Origin: Deltaproteobacteria bacterium
GTDB lineage: Bacteria > Desulfobacterota > Desulfomonilia > UBA1062
Assembly: GCA_011046135.1 (NCBI GenBank)
Contig: DSBG01000136.1
Location: 9,696 to 73,695, forward strand
DNA length: 64,000 nucleotides
Reading direction: 5' to 3'
Shown: positions 29,175 through 37,872 of the stretch, piece by piece
Numbering within the stretch: the first letter of the stretch is position 1
Layout of the letters: every line of letters begins with the position of its first letter
Notes under the pieces: generated by a model
Databases searched by the model: none
Seen by the model: the letters and a program-made list of their open reading frames with translations, nothing else
Told to the model about the DNA's origin: nothing
Program-made: the position numbers and the translations under genes

Positions 29175-29699
29175 TCACTGAACCACGAACTCGGAAAAAT
29201 AGATCTGCACCACCTGGCCTGAAGTCAGGTATTTGTTCGTCCCGTTCATAATGGCTCTCTTCAGCGCCCTCTTTCCTGCCACCGATGAGACATCATCAAA
29301 CGACTTGCTCGACAGGAGCATGATGATTTCGTCACGGATGTGCGGGCTCTTTCTATCGATTTCCGCATCCAGCACGGCATTGCTCATCTCGAACTGCATC
29401 GTCACCTTGAGATAGCGCGTTCCCTGGGCATCCGTGAGATTCACGATGAAAGAATCCATCTGCTTTATCGGGCCGCCGAACCCGACACCAGGAGTGATCC
29501 CCTGGACATGAGTCGGCGCAGCCGCTGCCTGGCCTGTGGATGATGCTGCATCCTTCATCATGGGAGAAAGAACGAAGAAATACGCCGCGGCAGCACCTCC
29601 CATCAGGAGCACTACGATGACCAGGATGACGATGAGCAGAATCGGAGATTTCTTTTGCTTCGCAATTTCTTCTGTCGTTTCTGTTTGTTCAGTTGCCAT
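29175..29699 (-). CDS. fliL: Flagellar basal body protein FliL
   Basis: N-terminal TM; FIVNL.D..RYLK; IRD.I...LSSK; YFSEFVVQ. Confidence 0.93.
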   Translation of the reverse strand: MATEQTETTEEIAKQKKSPILLIVILVIVVLLMGGAAAAYFFVLSPMMKDAASSTGQAAAAPTHVQGITPGVGFGGPIKQMDSFIVNLTDAQGTRYLKVTMQFEMSNAVLDAEIDRKSPHIRDEIIMLLSSKSFDDVSSVAGKRALKRAIMNGTNKYLTSGQVVQIYFSEFVVQ

Positions 29700-29708
29700 C
29701 AGGACCTC

Positions 29709-30428
29709 CTAAAATCGATCTTTGAGTATGATAATCTCCACTCTCCTGTTCTGTGAGCGTCCCTCGTCCGTGGTATTGGATGCCACAGGTCGGGTTGGTC
29801 CATATCCGGCCACACAGAAGTTCGTGGGGCTCATTCCAGCGGTATAGACAAAATAATCCAGAATGCGTATGGCCCGAGACAGGGAAAGCCTCCAGTTCAT
29901 CTCAGAACTCCCGCGGTTGTCCGTATGTCCTTCCACTGAGATCAGGGAAGCGGAATTCCTGATCACCTCAGCGATACCCATCAATACCGGTTCGGCCTCC
30001 CTCTTCAACTGAGAAGAACCAACATCGAAAAGGATTTCTGAATTCAGGAGAATAGCCATACCCCTGTTGATTTCTCGAACCTCCATCGGCTGCGGACCTC
30101 TCCCGGTCAATCCGCCGACACCCCTGCTGTCCAGTGAGTCGAGGAGGCTCTTATTGAGCGTCATGGCGTCGAAAAAAAGTTTCGGGGTAACAATATCGAT
30201 GATCAAGGGTACGCCACTCATCTCCTGCGTCTGGGGAAATTCGATGGGTCCCATGACCTCGTTGAAGAATCCGAACAGTTCCTTCAAGGCCTTGTCGTCA
30301 AGTGAGGTCATGGAGATTAGGAGTACAAAGAAGGTGATGAGGAGCGTCACCATGTCTGAAAACGTGACCATCCACGCGTTACGATCAGGCACCTTCACAT
30401 AGATGACATTCTTCTCTTGTTTTTCCAT
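29709..30428 (-). CDS. motB: Flagellar stator MotB/PomB (OmpA-like PG-binding domain), copy with the conserved Asp
   Basis: WMVTFSDMVTLLITFFVLL; VEGHTDN, NWRLSLSRA, NRRVEI; start overlaps the upstream stop (TGATG). Confidence 0.92.
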   Translation of the reverse strand: MEKQEKNVIYVKVPDRNAWMVTFSDMVTLLITFFVLLISMTSLDDKALKELFGFFNEVMGPIEFPQTQEMSGVPLIIDIVTPKLFFDAMTLNKSLLDSLDSRGVGGLTGRGPQPMEVREINRGMAILLNSEILFDVGSSQLKREAEPVLMGIAEVIRNSASLISVEGHTDNRGSSEMNWRLSLSRAIRILDYFVYTAGMSPTNFCVAGYGPTRPVASNTTDEGRSQNRRVEIIILKDRF

Positions 30429-31216
30429 CACTGTTCTTTCAGTTCGAAGTTGTATCCACGATACTGGAAATTCCACAGTGGTGGTGCCTGTGTCTCTTCC
30501 AGGGCCTTCATATCGATCTGTGAGGGAAGATCACCCACCAGGGTGATCTCCACGCGAGAGTTGAGCCTTCTTCCCGCTTCCGTGCTGTTCGTGGTTATAG
30601 GTCTCTGGGCACCCATGCCGTATGCTGCAAGCCTCTGATGAGCAATTCCTCTGCTGCTGAACTGTTGAAGCACCGCCAATGAACGAGCTGCGGACAGACC
30701 CCAGTTGGAGTCGTACGGCGGGGTTTCCACCGGAATCGAGTCCGTATGCCCGGTAATGATGACATCGTTGCGTATCTGGGAGAGAATTCCCGTCAGCACA
30801 TCGAGCACCCGCGTACTTTCCGGGCTGAGGACATCTGTCGCATCGTCAAAGAGGATGTTCGACCGTATGGTGATAGTCACGCCGAGCTTTCCTTCTGACA
30901 CCCCCAGTCCGTTGAGCACCCCATTTTCGATCAGAGAGGCTCGAATCTTTCTGATGTCCAGAAGCGTGTCCTGGAACGGAGCTGTCTGGGGCATGAGGTC
31001 TTTCCCCCCTAGATCCTGGTGGGGGCTCCTTCCACCGGGAAGGATACCGAAACTTCCCAGAAGCGAATTCAGGGCGAGTTTGTGTTTCTTCTCATCATAG
31101 GTGCCCATGGATGAGAGTATGATGAAGAAGGTGAGCAGGATCAGCATCAGGGATGTGAACAGAAAGGCCGTGGGATTCTTTTTCGGTTCAACAGAGACTC
31201 TCTTTTTCCGTGCCAT
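30428..31216 (-). CDS. motB: MotB-like stator protein lacking the conserved TM Asp
   Basis: FTSLMLILLTFFIIL TM; ITGHTDS, SNWGLSAAR, NSRVEI OmpA-like motifs. Confidence 0.85.
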   Translation of the reverse strand: MARKKRVSVEPKKNPTAFLFTSLMLILLTFFIILSSMGTYDEKKHKLALNSLLGSFGILPGGRSPHQDLGGKDLMPQTAPFQDTLLDIRKIRASLIENGVLNGLGVSEGKLGVTITIRSNILFDDATDVLSPESTRVLDVLTGILSQIRNDVIITGHTDSIPVETPPYDSNWGLSAARSLAVLQQFSSRGIAHQRLAAYGMGAQRPITTNSTEAGRRLNSRVEITLVGDLPSQIDMKALEETQAPPLWNFQYRGYNFELKEQ

Positions 31217-31219
31217 GTT

Positions 31220-31999
31220 CTACTCTCCCCGTGACTGCCTTACAGATGATTCCCTCAACACGGGCGCCAGGTACGAATGGAGCTTCCTCTCGACGATCCT
31301 CGGGTTGTCTCCTGCAGATATTGACATGATTCCCTCGATGATCATGCCCTTTTCGAGGGCTTCTTCCCTGGATCGCATGGTCAGTTTGCCCGCCATGGGC
31401 AGCGCCACCATGTTGGCAAGGATAGAACCGTAGAAGGTCGTGATCAGGGCGACTGCCATGGCAGGACCGATGGAGGAAGGGTCCGACATGGACTGGAGCA
31501 TCTGTACGAGTCCGATGAGCGTTCCAACCATGCCCATTGCCGGCGCATAGGTTCCCAGGGATGTGAAGACATCCGCACCCTTGTTGTGACGCTGCTCGAT
31601 ATGCTCGATTTCCGTCTCGAGTATCTCACGGATGGACTGTGGCTCCAGCCCGTCTATCACGAGTTCGAGCCCCTGCTTGAAAAACGGGTCCCTGAGTTCC
31701 CCGGCTGCGCTCTCCAGGGCGAGAATACCCTCTCTCCTGGCTCGGGTGGCGAAATCGACAAAGGTGGGGATGAGTGCCTGAGAGTCACGTTTCTGGGTAA
31801 TGAACACATTCTTGACGACCCCGATCATGCCAAACAGATCCCTCAGGGGAAAGTTGATGAATACGATCCCCAGAGTACCCCCCAGAACAATCAGCAGGCT
31901 TGGTGTATTGATAAACAGGCTCAGCGGGCCACCCGACATGATCCCCATGAGAACCATGCCGAACGCAAACAGTACACCGATAATTGTCGCAAAATCCAT
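31220..31999 (-). CDS. motA: Flagellar stator MotA/PomA
   Basis: MDFATIIG, ARREGILALE, APAMGMVGTLIGLV, IGPAMAVALITTFYG, GDNPRIVE. Confidence 0.96.
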   Translation of the reverse strand: MDFATIIGVLFAFGMVLMGIMSGGPLSLFINTPSLLIVLGGTLGIVFINFPLRDLFGMIGVVKNVFITQKRDSQALIPTFVDFATRARREGILALESAAGELRDPFFKQGLELVIDGLEPQSIREILETEIEHIEQRHNKGADVFTSLGTYAPAMGMVGTLIGLVQMLQSMSDPSSIGPAMAVALITTFYGSILANMVALPMAGKLTMRSREEALEKGMIIEGIMSISAGDNPRIVERKLHSYLAPVLRESSVRQSRGE

Positions 32000-32037
32000 A
32001 CGTGCCCCTTTGCGAGTTGTAATCTTTCCCAGGGAAA

Positions 32038-32053
32038 AGCAAGGGACATGCCA
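32038..32053 (-). promoter_or_regulatory. Sigma54 (-24/-12) promoter of the motA-fliR operon
   Basis: Minus strand TGGCATGTCCCTTGCT (GG-N10-GC). Confidence 0.8.
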
Positions 32054-32069
32054 GCGCTCGAAATATTTC

Positions 32070-32082
32070 CAACTACTTGATA
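32070..32082 (-). promoter_or_regulatory. IHF binding site
   Basis: Minus strand TATCAAGTAGTTG is an exact WATCAA-N4-TTR match, in an AT-rich tract just upstream of the sigma54 promoter. Confidence 0.65.
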
Positions 32083-32109
32083 TTACACATAAATAAAATG
32101 TCCACGCCG

Positions 32110-32142
32110 GTCGTTTCCTGACCTGGTGGTCATAAATTTGAC
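32110..32142. promoter_or_regulatory. Candidate tandem enhancer (bEBP) sites
   Basis: Palindromes GTCGTTTCCTGAC (32110-32122) and GTCATAAATTTGAC (32129-32142). Confidence 0.5.
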
Positions 32143-32150
32143 GCTTTTCT

Positions 32151-32180
32151 GCGCCCGGGCTGCAGCGTTCGCCCGGGCGC
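32151..32180. other. GC-rich inverted repeat just downstream of flgE
   Basis: GCGCCCGGGC-N10-GCCCGGGCGC; no U-tract on the flgE strand, so possibly a stabilising hairpin or weak terminator. Confidence 0.5.
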
Positions 32181-32192
32181 GTTCGTGCTGAA

Positions 32193-33701
32193 CTAATGTT
32201 TCAGGTTGATGAGTTCCTGGAGCATGGTGTCGGTGGTGGTGATAATCCGGGAGTTTGCCTGAAATCCTCTCTGGGTGGTGATCATCTTGACGAACTCTGC
32301 GGCGATGTCAACGTTGGACTGTTCCAGGGAATTGGGCGCGATCCTTCCGAGGCCGTTCTCACCGGGATGTCCTGTGATGGCATCACCCGATTCGCGGGTC
32401 GCCGACCAGAGGTTGCCGCCCACCTTGAAGAGCGCCTGCTGATTGTTGAACTTGGTCAGGCCTACCCGGTAGAGGTTGAGGATCTGGCCGTTGCTGTAGT
32501 GCCCCACCATGATCCCGTCGGTGCTCACGGAGACGTTTTCCAGGAAGCCGGTTCCGTAGCCGTTCTGGGTCTGGTAGATCGTTGTTGACGACGCGGCATA
32601 CTGGGTCGATGTCAGGGCCTGGGGCTGCCAGGAAGAAGACGGCAGGCCGTCGGTGCCGATGGCATCCACTGTGGCCGCTCCTGTCCAGGTATTGTTGGTG
32701 CTTCGGGTTCCGAACTCAATCGCGAGGGTATGGTCCACGCCTGAGACAAACTGGGTGGTGAGCTCTGGATAGCCCTCTGAGGAGAAGGTCGTTGCTTGCA
32801 CCCAGCCGGCGGTGTCCACCGCGGGGTCACCGCTTCCGGTATAGACGAAGGCGGACATATCACTCAAAACGCCGCTGCTCGCGTTGTAGGTCATGGTGCC
32901 GCGCATGAGAATGCCCCGTGCATCGGATCCATCGAACTCTCCCCTGAGGTCTGACTCTGGATTACAGGTAACGATGTATTCCCAGGAATTGTCAAGATCC
33001 ACGTTTCCGTCGTAGTACTCGCTGTTTGCATCAAGCTTGTCGTAGATGACGGTGATGTCGTGGGAATTGCCAAGGGCATCATAGACCCTGATCGAGGTCT
33101 GGTAGCCGTAAGCAGCGTCTGCGATGATCGTGCCCGTGGGATCGTTCGCATTCCAGGCAGCAAAGATGCTGTCTGTGTTGGATACGTCCTGGCTGTTCAG
33201 ATTGGTGATGGCCGTGATCCCGCTCGTTGGCTCGGGAGGTGAGGTAAACGTGTTCAAACGGATGTCCTGAAGGGTGCCCATGTCGTTTCCTGACTGATCC
33301 AGGGCCCAGCCCCGAGCCACATACCCCGCAGGATTGACGAAATAGCCATCCGCATCAAATCGGAACTGTCCGGCCCGGGTATAGTACTCTGTTTCGGTCC
33401 CCTGGGGAGACACGATGAAGAAGCCATTTCCGCCGATGGCCAGATCCGTTGCATTCGTCGTGGATTCGAAGGATCCCTGCTGAAACAGGGTATCCACCGC
33501 ACTCAACGATGTGCCACGGCCAATCTGAGAGGACCCTGCCGAGGTGGCGACCGACTGGGAGAGGACGTCCTGGAAGGTTGTCCTGCTCGACTTGAACCCG
33601 ATGGTGTTCACATTGGCGATGTTGTCACCGATCACGCTCATGGCATTGCCATGGGTTGATAGACCGCTGATCCCTGAAAAGAGTGCACTTGAAATGCTCA
33701 T
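32193..33701 (-). CDS. flgE: Flagellar hook protein FlgE
   Basis: GISGL..VIGDNIANVNTIGFKSSR, TDLAIGGNGFF, YTRAGQF, LEQSNVD..QRGFQANSR. Confidence 0.97.
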   Translation of the reverse strand: MSISSALFSGISGLSTHGNAMSVIGDNIANVNTIGFKSSRTTFQDVLSQSVATSAGSSQIGRGTSLSAVDTLFQQGSFESTTNATDLAIGGNGFFIVSPQGTETEYYTRAGQFRFDADGYFVNPAGYVARGWALDQSGNDMGTLQDIRLNTFTSPPEPTSGITAITNLNSQDVSNTDSIFAAWNANDPTGTIIADAAYGYQTSIRVYDALGNSHDITVIYDKLDANSEYYDGNVDLDNSWEYIVTCNPESDLRGEFDGSDARGILMRGTMTYNASSGVLSDMSAFVYTGSGDPAVDTAGWVQATTFSSEGYPELTTQFVSGVDHTLAIEFGTRSTNNTWTGAATVDAIGTDGLPSSSWQPQALTSTQYAASSTTIYQTQNGYGTGFLENVSVSTDGIMVGHYSNGQILNLYRVGLTKFNNQQALFKVGGNLWSATRESGDAITGHPGENGLGRIAPNSLEQSNVDIAAEFVKMITTQRGFQANSRIITTTDTMLQELINLKH

Positions 33702-33722
33702 GGAATCCTCCTTGTTCTTTTC

Positions 33723-34397
33723 TTACCCTGATATCCTGGTTATGTCCGCCAAACGGACTTCCTTATCACCGAGCTGCAGGTAGATCGTCCCTTCTTCAAA
33801 CCGAACACCCGTGACCGTTCCATCGGCATAGGTGCTCGTCATGACGGGATCACCACTGAACCCCTTCGCCTGCACGCTGAAGTAGTAGGATCCGGAGGGT
33901 ACAGGCTCTCCCTTGTTATCCATCCCGTTCCAGACACAGGTGCCCTGTCCCTGAAGAACATTCTTCATTTCCATGGTCCTGACAATGCTGCCCGATGATG
34001 AGAAGACGGTCACGAGCACATCCGAGGCATTGTCCTCCAGGGTGAAATCCAGAGAAGAATCTCCTCCGGTGTAGTTGACGATGTTGCCGCTGGCACTGAT
34101 CTGCCGCCCGATAAAGGAGAGGGCCTGCATGCTGTTCATGGAACTCTGAAATTTCGCCATCACCTCCAGGTTGCTGTTCATGGAATTGAGCGATTCAAGC
34201 TGCGAGAACTGGGCGAGCTGCGCAGTGAATTCGGTGTTTTCCATGGGATTCAGGGGATCTTGATACTGGAGCTGTCTCACGAGCAGGTTCAGGAACATGT
34301 CCTTCTGCTCTGCAACCTTGTCGGACATAGTCCGTGCCGATGAAGCATCACGAATCGACTGGGTTGCCAGAATGTTCTCCAAGCCTAGGGTCGCCAT
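33723..34397 (-). CDS. flgD: Flagellar hook capping protein FlgD
   Basis: FLNLLV.QLQYQDPLNPMENTEFTAQLAQFSQLE; WNG.D..G FlgD-Ig domain. Confidence 0.95.
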   Translation of the reverse strand: MATLGLENILATQSIRDASSARTMSDKVAEQKDMFLNLLVRQLQYQDPLNPMENTEFTAQLAQFSQLESLNSMNSNLEVMAKFQSSMNSMQALSFIGRQISASGNIVNYTGGDSSLDFTLEDNASDVLVTVFSSSGSIVRTMEMKNVLQGQGTCVWNGMDNKGEPVPSGSYYFSVQAKGFSGDPVMTSTYADGTVTGVRFEEGTIYLQLGDKEVRLADITRISG

Positions 34398-34413
34398 CTC
34401 GTCCTCCTTGTCA

Positions 34414-35961
34414 TCACGCGAAGATATCCAGGGTTCCTGAACCGCGGTACCGCTGGATCATATTCTGTACATTCGGGGCAGTCTTTGACTCTGCCCTGCT
34501 GTGTTGAGATTCCTGAAAGGTTCTTTCCCGCTGGCCAAAGAGCTGCTCCTGGTGGGAAAGGTGTCCGTTCAAGGCCTGGTCTCGACCCAGAGCTGCATGA
34601 TCGAGGCCTGCTGTTACGTTGATCTGGGTGGTTCTGATCCCCTGTTCGGCGAGGGCCTCTTTCAGCTGATGGATATTCTGCGCAATGAGATCCCTGGTGA
34701 TGATGTGACCCGTCTTGAAGGTTGCCTGGAGCCGACCATCCTCCATCTTCATCTTGACCTCTATCCTTCCCAGCAGCGGGGGGTTCAGCCTCAGTGTGAC
34801 CGATCCCTCGCTGTTCTTGAGATGAGCCGGCAGAGCCCGACGGAGCTGGTCCACAACTTGATTCACATGCCTGTCCAGGAGCATGCCCGGGTTTTCGCCC
34901 AGGCTCCGTGCCAGGATCATGAAAGACTCTCCGGAGAGCTTCCCGGAGAGCTGACCAAGGGAAAGATCCGGATACCAGGTTCGGATGGTCTTTTCGATGG
35001 AGGAACACTCCTGTTCGCTCAAGGCCGACTTCAGGAGCTTGAGTGCTGCGAACACTTCCTGTCTGAGGGGCACATTCTCCCGTGTCTTCAGATATTCAGC
35101 GATCCTGGCACTTGCTTCTTCCACCGCACGTGACCGTACCTGCTGATCTTCAGAGAAAAAGATCTCCTTGAGGGTTTGCCTCGGAATTCTGAGGTTGTTC
35201 TCAAGGACCTTGAGGGACTCGTGGAGGGTTTTCACCTCAACAGGCGCGGCGGGATCCAGCGTGACGTTGAGTAAGACCGGTCCTGAGTTCATGGGCAGCT
35301 CCAGTCTTCTCAACGCCCGCTCAACGATCCGCGAGATCTCCCCGGATGCAGGCTGAAGACTCCCTCGTGAAAAGAGCATCACGTCTCCAGGATGTTCTTC
35401 TGCTCCCGCACCGAGATTCTCGGGACTGAATTCACGCCCAACGCCCTCCAGTGTGTGCTCGTCAGCGGTCAACTCTGCAATCAGCTTCTGCACCTGATCC
35501 GGCGCATCTTCACACCGAGAGAACAGCTGTTGTCTCAATTCATCTGACAGGGTTGCCTTGAGGGCGATCACAACCTGCTCGGAGGCCATGATCTGCATGA
35601 TACTCTCTTCAGACATTCCCGACGCAGCCAGCAGCTTCATCACGGCATCGTCGGAGACCATCTCGGCGTTGCCGGTGAGAAACGACCGAATATCACGGGC
35701 ACTGATTCCGCATTCCGTAAGGACGCTCAGAGTCTTGAGGATACTTGCTCTCGTGGGAGCGGAACTCGCCATATCATCACACATGCCCGTGATGGACCTC
35801 AATGCGCAGCACGGAGGTCCGGTGGGATTCAGCCCTGTGGCAAGAGCCTGCTCCAACTGGGCATCGAAGGAGGGGTGAGCCATCCCGGGGGACATGACTT
35901 TCTTCAGCAGTCCCAGGGCACCGCCTGCGAGTCCCAGCAGTTGCGCAACGGGTGATGGCAT
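34414..35961 (-). CDS. fliK: Flagellar hook-length control protein FliK
   Basis: C-terminal LRLNPPLLGRIEV..L.ATF...LKEAL.EQG motif; first gene before flgD; GGAGG RBS. Confidence 0.88.
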   Translation of the reverse strand: MPSPVAQLLGLAGGALGLLKKVMSPGMAHPSFDAQLEQALATGLNPTGPPCCALRSITGMCDDMASSAPTRASILKTLSVLTECGISARDIRSFLTGNAEMVSDDAVMKLLAASGMSEESIMQIMASEQVVIALKATLSDELRQQLFSRCEDAPDQVQKLIAELTADEHTLEGVGREFSPENLGAGAEEHPGDVMLFSRGSLQPASGEISRIVERALRRLELPMNSGPVLLNVTLDPAAPVEVKTLHESLKVLENNLRIPRQTLKEIFFSEDQQVRSRAVEEASARIAEYLKTRENVPLRQEVFAALKLLKSALSEQECSSIEKTIRTWYPDLSLGQLSGKLSGESFMILARSLGENPGMLLDRHVNQVVDQLRRALPAHLKNSEGSVTLRLNPPLLGRIEVKMKMEDGRLQATFKTGHIITRDLIAQNIHQLKEALAEQGIRTTQINVTAGLDHAALGRDQALNGHLSHQEQLFGQRERTFQESQHSRAESKTAPNVQNMIQRYRGSGTLDIFA

Positions 35962-35996
35962 GTCTACCTCCTGTTCAGATTCGATGAGTCTGTGTG

Positions 35997-36012
35997 AGCA
36001 ACCATGGTGCCA
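35997..36012 (-). promoter_or_regulatory. Sigma54 promoter of fliK-flgD-flgE
   Basis: Minus strand TGGCACCATGGTTGCT, a consensus TGGCAC-N5-TTGC match. Confidence 0.85.
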
Positions 36013-36116
36013 AAGGAAGAAAACCATCTTCAGATCAGGGTTTCCGGGGATCAAAACGAACACTGGTAGGGAAAGATTTGCTCGTGACAGAGAAATTCTT
36101 TCCCGGTACGGGCTCG

Positions 36117-37235
36117 TTACTGGTTGACCGAGGAGGGAGCCGTGAAGGGAACGACCATGAGGAACAACCCAACGACTGCGGTCATCACGAAAGCCGGGGT
36201 ATACCCGAACAGGTCAGAGAGATACCCGAACCCGAGGGAGGCAAGAAGCATTCCGAGATTGAACGCCCACACGAACAGCGAATTTCCCACCCCCCGCATT
36301 GTGGGAACTGCGTCCATGATCGAGGCATTCAAGCTCGGGTACAAATACCCGTACCCGATGCCAAAGAAGAGAGAGAGAACCCACAGCAGCTTCATGGTGA
36401 ACGAACCGACGAATGAGGCTGGAAGCGCAACCATGAGAACCACCGCCACGAACCAGAGCATTCTTTCGTTGAGTCGATTCATAAACCGGAAGAGCACTGC
36501 CCACACCACAACACTTCCCGTGACAAAACACACGAAAAATGGGCTCGAATTTCCGATGCCCTCGCTCATGAGAAACGGTGGGAGGAAAATGATGGTGCTC
36601 CCGAAGACCGCACCCAGCACTGCGGTCGCACCCAGAGCAGGTATGGCAACTGTGAACCGAGTTTCTACCGGCGCTTCTTTCCCGCTGTCTGCGGGCAGGA
36701 ACAGTCCTGTGAGACAGGAGAGGCCTCCCAGGAAGGCCGCGCTCGAGAAAAACCAGAAGAAGCCGAAGGCATGGATCATGTACTCTCCGAAAACCGGCCC
36801 GATGGCATGGGTGCTGATGTTGGATGCAGTGAGAACACCGAGCAGGAATTTTCTGTGAGTCTGAGGTACACTCTCGAACACCATGGTTGCACTGACCCCG
36901 AATGCGCTGGCAAATCCCACTCCTTGCAGGATCCGCAGACCAAAGATACAGGGCCCCATGTCCTCAACGAGGGTGTACAGGTAGGTTGGCAGGAACATGA
37001 GCACGGAACCGAAGACAAACATCCATCTCCGCGGCATCTTCTCAGAGATGATACCGACAAGGGGCAGGGCCGCGAGTACCGAGAAACTGAATGACGCCAT
37101 CACGAGCCCGATGTCCTTCGGGGTAAATCCAAGATGGACAATAAATTTCGGAAGGAGCAGGAGCTGGGAAAAGTTGAGAAAGAAAAAAAAGTTTGCGGCG
37201 AGGATGACGAAAAATTTATCGAACTTGCCTGTCAC
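36117..37235 (-). CDS. MFS transporter
   Basis: About 12 hydrophobic segments, G..SEK..RR motif A, LRILQGVG, RG.GNS; GTG start at 37235 inferred (ORF is open to 37385). Confidence 0.88.
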   Translation of the reverse strand: MTGKFDKFFVILAANFFFFLNFSQLLLLPKFIVHLGFTPKDIGLVMASFSFSVLAALPLVGIISEKMPRRWMFVFGSVLMFLPTYLYTLVEDMGPCIFGLRILQGVGFASAFGVSATMVFESVPQTHRKFLLGVLTASNISTHAIGPVFGEYMIHAFGFFWFFSSAAFLGGLSCLTGLFLPADSGKEAPVETRFTVAIPALGATAVLGAVFGSTIIFLPPFLMSEGIGNSSPFFVCFVTGSVVVWAVLFRFMNRLNERMLWFVAVVLMVALPASFVGSFTMKLLWVLSLFFGIGYGYLYPSLNASIMDAVPTMRGVGNSLFVWAFNLGMLLASLGFGYLSDLFGYTPAFVMTAVVGLFLMVVPFTAPSSVNQ

Positions 37236-37872
37236 CGGTAATCCTGTGCGCAAACTCATCCAGGCTGGAGAGGGAGTCATCTCTGCGTGGTCCCTGACCA
37301 CGCCAGAGGTGGTAGGCGTGCATCCCGATGCTGCGCGGAATCTCACAATCAAAGGCGAGGTGGTCACCCACGTGGATAACCTCATGACCTACCGCGTGCC
37401 AGAGCTTTCTGTAGGAGTCCGGCTGTGATTTTACCATTGACCAGTCATCGGGAAGAGAGATGATTTTTTGAAAGTACGATGAAAGTCCGCAGTATGAGAC
37501 CTCTCTGTCGAGGAACGTCCTGGAGGCATTGGAAAAAATGTACAGATCGTGCCCATGGGACCTCAAGAAGCCCAGCACGGGGAGAACATCGGTAAAGAGC
37601 GAGATTCTGTGCGTGTACTCTGAAATGAGCGTTTCTGGGTCGATGTCCGAGAGATCAAAAGACTCGAGCCAGTAGGAAAGCTGGTACCACCTGATGGAGG
37701 CATCACCCACACGACGGTATGCACTCACACACCGCTGGCGGGCACTGGAGATGCTGATGCCCTTGTGTTTGGCGACCAAGGAGGGAATTGCCTCAAGCCA
37801 GATCCCATCAGCGAAAGAGAGCTCCGTCAGGGTGCCATCGAGGTCGAAGGACAGGCTCAGTCCTCTTCCCAT
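37216..37872 (-). CDS. HAD-family hydrolase, YrfG (GMP/IMP nucleotidase)-like
   Basis: FDLDGTL, FSNA, K..P, HVGDH..FD; cap segment F.D.IW...P...WY.LSYW resembles YrfG. Confidence 0.85.
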   Translation of the reverse strand: MGRGLSLSFDLDGTLTELSFADGIWLEAIPSLVAKHKGISISSARQRCVSAYRRVGDASIRWYQLSYWLESFDLSDIDPETLISEYTHRISLFTDVLPVLGFLRSHGHDLYIFSNASRTFLDREVSYCGLSSYFQKIISLPDDWSMVKSQPDSYRKLWHAVGHEVIHVGDHLAFDCEIPRSIGMHAYHLWRGQGPRRDDSLSSLDEFAHRITGDRQVR

